A stretch of 64,000 bases of DNA from Caecitellus pseudoparvulus (taxonomy: Eukaryota; Protista; Bigyra: Bicosoecida): NCBI GenBank assembly GCA_965644315.1, contig CBFFRQ010000031.1:434001-498000 (forward strand). Reading direction: 5' to 3'. Position 1 is the stretch's first letter, and every line of letters begins with the position of its first letter. The notes below the pieces were generated by a model that saw only the letters and a program-made list of their open reading frames with translations, was not told the DNA's origin and ran no database searches. Positions 59,801 through 64,000 of the stretch are shown piece by piece. The translations under genes and the position numbers were made by a program.

Positions 59801-62800
59801 CTGTCCACGACCGCCTCCGAGGGAAGCAGCCACTGCGTCGCCTGGGTCGACTGTGCCGCCAGGTCGCCCTCTACTGCGCCGAAAGCGGGGCAAGCCCCCG
59901 CCGTCGCGGCGCCGTGCCACAGGACGTGCAGCAGTCGCAGGCAGTGGAAGGCAGCGACCTCGGCGGCTTCTGTGCGCGCCTGAGCGTCTGCCTCGTCTGC
60001 TGTGTGCAGTGCGTCGCCGGCGCCACCTGATCCCCGCATGGCACGGTGCAGACTGCCGGTTAGATCCGCGCAGTTGCTGTCCAAGGCAGCGAGCAGAGCC
60101 TGGGTGGTGGAGGCACAGGCGCCATGCACCGCCAGGGTGGGGCAGGGCCCCGTGCCGATGCCCCCAGTGTCCTTGCGCACCAGCATGCCGCCCAGCGCTG
60201 CCAGGTGCCCGGCATGGGCGTAGGGGGCGAGGTGCAGGCCATGCGCGGCACACAGCTGTGCAGCGGACTGCAGTCGCGCGACACCCTCATGCCTGGCATC
60301 ACAGCCGAGGGCAGCCAGGGTCTCAGCCACCGGAGCTTGGACCTGCTCAGCCCCCCTGGCTGACGCCATGCACGCTGTGACACTGCCTTGCACGAGTGTG
60401 GGCACCCACACCTGCAGGGCGGCTGCAGCTGCAGCCGAGGCCCACCGCCTCGCCAGAGGCAGGGGTGCTTGTACAGAAGAGGTCTGCACCTCCCCCTTCG
60501 CCACCTGGCAGTGTGCAGTACGAGCGAGGGAGGGGCCGGGCAGGCCGCCTGGGTGCAGGGAGGCGACGGCGGCGGGGATGCCGCCCGCCGCCCACAGCGT
60601 CGCCAGACCGCCCGAGCCTCCAGTGCTGTCCCCCGTGCACGCCGTCGTGAGGGCGGAGACAGCCACAGCCCCCATGGGCAGCACGTGGGCCGCGTCGCCT
60701 CGGGGAGACAGCACTCGACTAGAGCGCCCACCGGCTTCGTGTGAGCTGGGGGCCTCACAGCCCACTGTGGCAGCGGCATACAGGCGCAGCAGGGTGTCCT
60801 GCAGCGCGCGCCAGGCCTCGCCGACGCTGCCAGTGCAGCCGCCACCACCACCGCCCAGTCCTTTCAGGGGGTCGTGGCGCACAGACCACGTGCCCAGGTC
60901 ACCCCCTCCGCCCAGGCCATCCTCCCCTTCCCCTTCAGCTGCCCCCCCCGCACGTGCGAACTGGTCTATGCTCCGAAGCAGCGCCGTTTCATATGCCTGT
61001 GCCAGGGCACTGCTCTCACCGCCACGCTGCACACGGTGCAAGTGCTGTGCAGAGAGGGATGTGACGCCCATGCCACTGGGCGCACGGGCCATCGTGCCAG
61101 CATCGGCTCGGCGCCGCATGCTGAAGGCACACCGGCCCCGCAGGGCCGTGCGTTGGGGCAGCAGCGCCGCCCGCAGTGCTGAAGGGTAATACAGAGACAC
61201 GCTGCCGTCCCCGGCAACCGGGGAGCCCAGAGCAGACAAGATGCCCTGCATGGCCTGCAGGCCCTGCATGCGCTGCCGGGCGCGGGTGCGGGCACAGATG
61301 GCCAGGCAGGGCAGGGTGCCCGGCGGCGCAGCCCCGCCCATGCGAATGTAAGCCACAGCCATGTCCGCCACAGGCTCCACCGTGTCTGGGAGCGCCAGGG
61401 AGCCCGGCGGCACGAGTGGCTGCAGGGACAGCAAGGACACACACCTCGCGAGGGCGTCAGCCTGCGCAGCTGCCGGCGTGGAGTGGGGGCGGGGCACCAA
61501 GCGCCTCCGGCGCAGCAGGCCCCGGCGCACCGCAGCCAGTCTGCGCTCCGTTGCTGCCAAGGCGATGGCTTGCGTGGCACCCGCCATGCCTGAGGCCTCC
61601 TTGGACTCGGAAGCGCCCCCCGCGGCAGTGGCCGCCGCTGCGGCGCCTGCCAGGACAGGGGCGGCGGCGTCCTCGCTGACCCCCAGAGCATGGCGAGCGT
61701 GGAACACACAGGCCGCCTCTCCAGCCTCTCCTTGCAGTTGCGCACCTGAGATGGAGGCTGTGCCAGCCTCTGGCTGCACCTTGGAGGCCTCGGCCTTGCC
61801 GGCCCAGTTGTGGACCTGGAACGCCCGGCTGAACGCCTTGGCCACTGCGGCTGGCACAGGGGCTGCCTCGCCAGCCTCCAGTTTTCCCAGACCCTCAGCG
61901 GCCAGGTGCCAGGCGCCAGTGTGCCAGAGGATGGCGGCGAAAGCAGCACCCACCAGTGTGTGATCGGCCTTGTCGAAGCGCTTGGCCGCGATGCGCGACA
62001 TAGTGTAGCTGCCCCTGGCCCACACGAGGAGCTTCGTCAGGGTCTGGGACTTTCCTCCAGGCGCCTCCGGCCGCAGCCGGTCAAAGAAGGTAGCCATGCC
62101 AGTCGCAGAGCCGGGCGTCGCAGGAGCCTCGTCCCGCCTCACAACGTTCGCCATGCGCTTGAAGGCTGCGTCCTGGATGCCAGGGTGCAGCGCTGTCCGG
62201 GCCACGAACGCCAGCTCTGACGTGCTGATGGCAAGCTCCGGCACTGCTGTTTGCAAGCTGGCAGCGCCATTCTGCACGAGTCTCTCGCCTTCAGCCGCCA
62301 CTGCCTGCACCACTGCTCGCAGAACGCCTGATCTGCACAGCACAGGGTCAATGCTGCCGAACTCGGCGCCCCAAGGCATGAGGGCAGAGAGTGCGGCCCC
62401 AACGGTCGGGGAGGCGCCCTCGGCCGGCTGGGGCGCACCCACCAAAGCCGATGCCAGGCGCTGGCCAGGCGTGCCCCCCCTCGCGGACCAAGGCCCCGCA
62501 GACAGGATGCTGCGGTCTAGCCAGGGCCCGACAGCCTCTTCTGCCTCCTCCTCCGCGATGCCCGCCGCCAGGGACGCGGCGAGGCGACTGGCGGCGAAGG
62601 CAACGATGTGCAGGAGCCGAGCAGCCGAGTGGGACGGCAAGATGCTGCGCCGCAGCGTCCGCATGCAGTGCCGCCGCATGTCGTCTGCTTGCATGGCCCC
62701 CACGACCTGTGCGTCGGCGGGAGGGCGGGGCACGGGCACGCCCGCATCCACGCCAAACGCCGCAGAGAGAACGTACGCATCCATGGCGACCTCATCCGTG

Positions 62801-64000
62801 GGCCCATGCTGCGCCAGCACGTCTTCCCACGCGTTGCGCACCGCCTCAGCCGCCCTGCCCTCCGCGTCCCCCACCTCCAACACGGCAGAGGTGAAGGACG
62901 CGGAGGGCACGCGACCAGTTGCGTCTGGGATGCCCAGAGCTGCCGTTTGCGCGAGCAGGCGCTGCAGCTTGGGCAAAGCCGCCTCTGCAAAGTACATGGA
63001 CACGGCTGGCAGAGGTGGTGTCTCCCCTGCGGCGTTGGCGCCAGGAGCATCTGGCGCCAGGTCCACGAACGCTGAGAGCACCGCGGTGCACGTGGTGGCC
63101 AGGTCTAGGACAGGGCTCTCACTCATGGAAGAAGCGGGCAGAGCTGCCATGTCTGTGTCGGGGGAGCGCAGAGGGGCCACGGTTCGCTGCGGGGAGGCAG
63201 CGGCTGCCCCCTTGCCCTCGCTGCCGAGCGCTCGCGTCGCGTCTTGTACTGATGCCGGCTCCACACGCGCCTGCACCAGAGCCTGCGCAAAGTCCACAGC
63301 CTTGTTAACAAGCTGCAGAAGGCCCTGAATGGCGGCAGAGGCCTGCGGCGCAAAGATGGAGACATTTGAGACGAGTGGGGTGGGTCCGCCGGGCAGCGCG
63401 CCGGCGACGTCGGACAGCCGCCTGGGCAGCGTCTCCATGGTCTCCACGGGCCACTGGGCCAGGTCAAAGGAAAAGTCATGCCAGGCCTCAGCCTGGTGTC
63501 GAGAGGCTGCCCAGGCCAGCGCTGCGGCGTGTGTGATGTAGACTTGCTTGAAGGCCAGCGCGGCTGCCCCCAGCAGCTGCACGTCCCGCAGGGTCAGAGC
63601 GGCCAGGCCGGGCATGGCAGCAGGCGGCTTGCCTGAGATGGCGGCTTCCACTGTCGCCTGCACAATGGCGCTCAGCTGCCCCGCGACAGTCTTGCCGCCT
63701 TGAAAGAGGTCAAAGGCGGTGCCTGTCTCGGCGCTGGCCATGGACGCGGTGGCGAGATCCTGCAGCACCAGGCGGTGCACCGACCGCACACTGGGGCCTT
63801 GCTGGTTGGTGCTGATGCTGCGCAGCAGCTCTGACGCGAACATGATGGCAGAAGAGGTGCACGCCCTGGAGCTCGTGACAGCCTCCGCTGGCGGCGGGGA
63901 GGTCAGCATGTTGTGCAGGCCAGCGAGCACGCACGCCCACTGCTGCGGCGCCGCCAACAGCGTGCCCAACGCATGGCCCAGGTTGGTGGACAGAAACGGT
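53847..64000 (-). CDS. Giant HECT E3 ubiquitin ligase (HERC/HECTD4-like; 5'-partial) with two UBA domains and an ESxHP beta-sandwich domain; introns 54214-54294 and 53963-54038
   Basis: HECT motifs VKFSGEDGVDWGGLYR, FVRFVWGRSRLP and, after splicing, LPLAHTCFNQLELPDYSS (catalytic Cys). UBA motifs LSSMGYPMELCVKAL..AAEWLL (~57770-57880) and MVGMPQHLVYAAL..ATSWLL (~57575-57690). RESLHP..WGFRF at ~56320-56630. The frame is open to the window end. Confidence 0.93.

Noticed and set aside
1-64000. Prokaryotic systems, CRISPR arrays, virophage/Polinton or transposon insertions, rRNA/tRNA genes
   Set aside because: No spacer-repeat arrays, terminal repeats, AT-rich island, integrase/transposase motifs or RNA-gene signatures were seen by eye. 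Short G/C runs lie inside coding sequence. tRNAscan or Infernal would be needed to exclude small RNAs.

Overview
Gene-dense, GC-rich eukaryotic DNA with short GT-AG introns and very short intergenic gaps. The gene set is consistent with a heterotrophic protist, possibly a stramenopile (inference only). The left 36 kb holds two co-oriented giant minus-strand genes for secreted proteins. Gene A (ATG 22499) is missing from the ORF track because it runs off the left edge without a stop; it is at least 7,499 aa. Its architecture is: signal peptide, vitellogenin/MTP-type large-lipid-transfer (LLT) module, about 1,100 aa of amphipathic helices, a beta-propeller, a beta-sheet segment, and more than 4,000 aa of FN3/Ig-like repeats. 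Gene B (4,417 aa once a signal-peptide exon is added) has a Cys-rich head and the same repeat type. The right 28 kb holds a CABLES-like cyclin, a small coiled-coil protein, a longin-like protein, a mitochondrial helical-repeat protein, mitoribosomal mS45/Bot1, a LYR protein, ADAT1, a lysyl-tRNA synthetase with an unusual C-terminal eEF1B-type GST-like domain, and a 5'-partial giant UBA-HECT E3 ligase. Two recurrent intergenic motifs were seen: CRATTTCCGCA near start codons and AATGCA after stop codons. No rRNA, tRNA, CRISPR array or transposon was recognised. All domain calls come from manual translation and motif recognition, not database searches.
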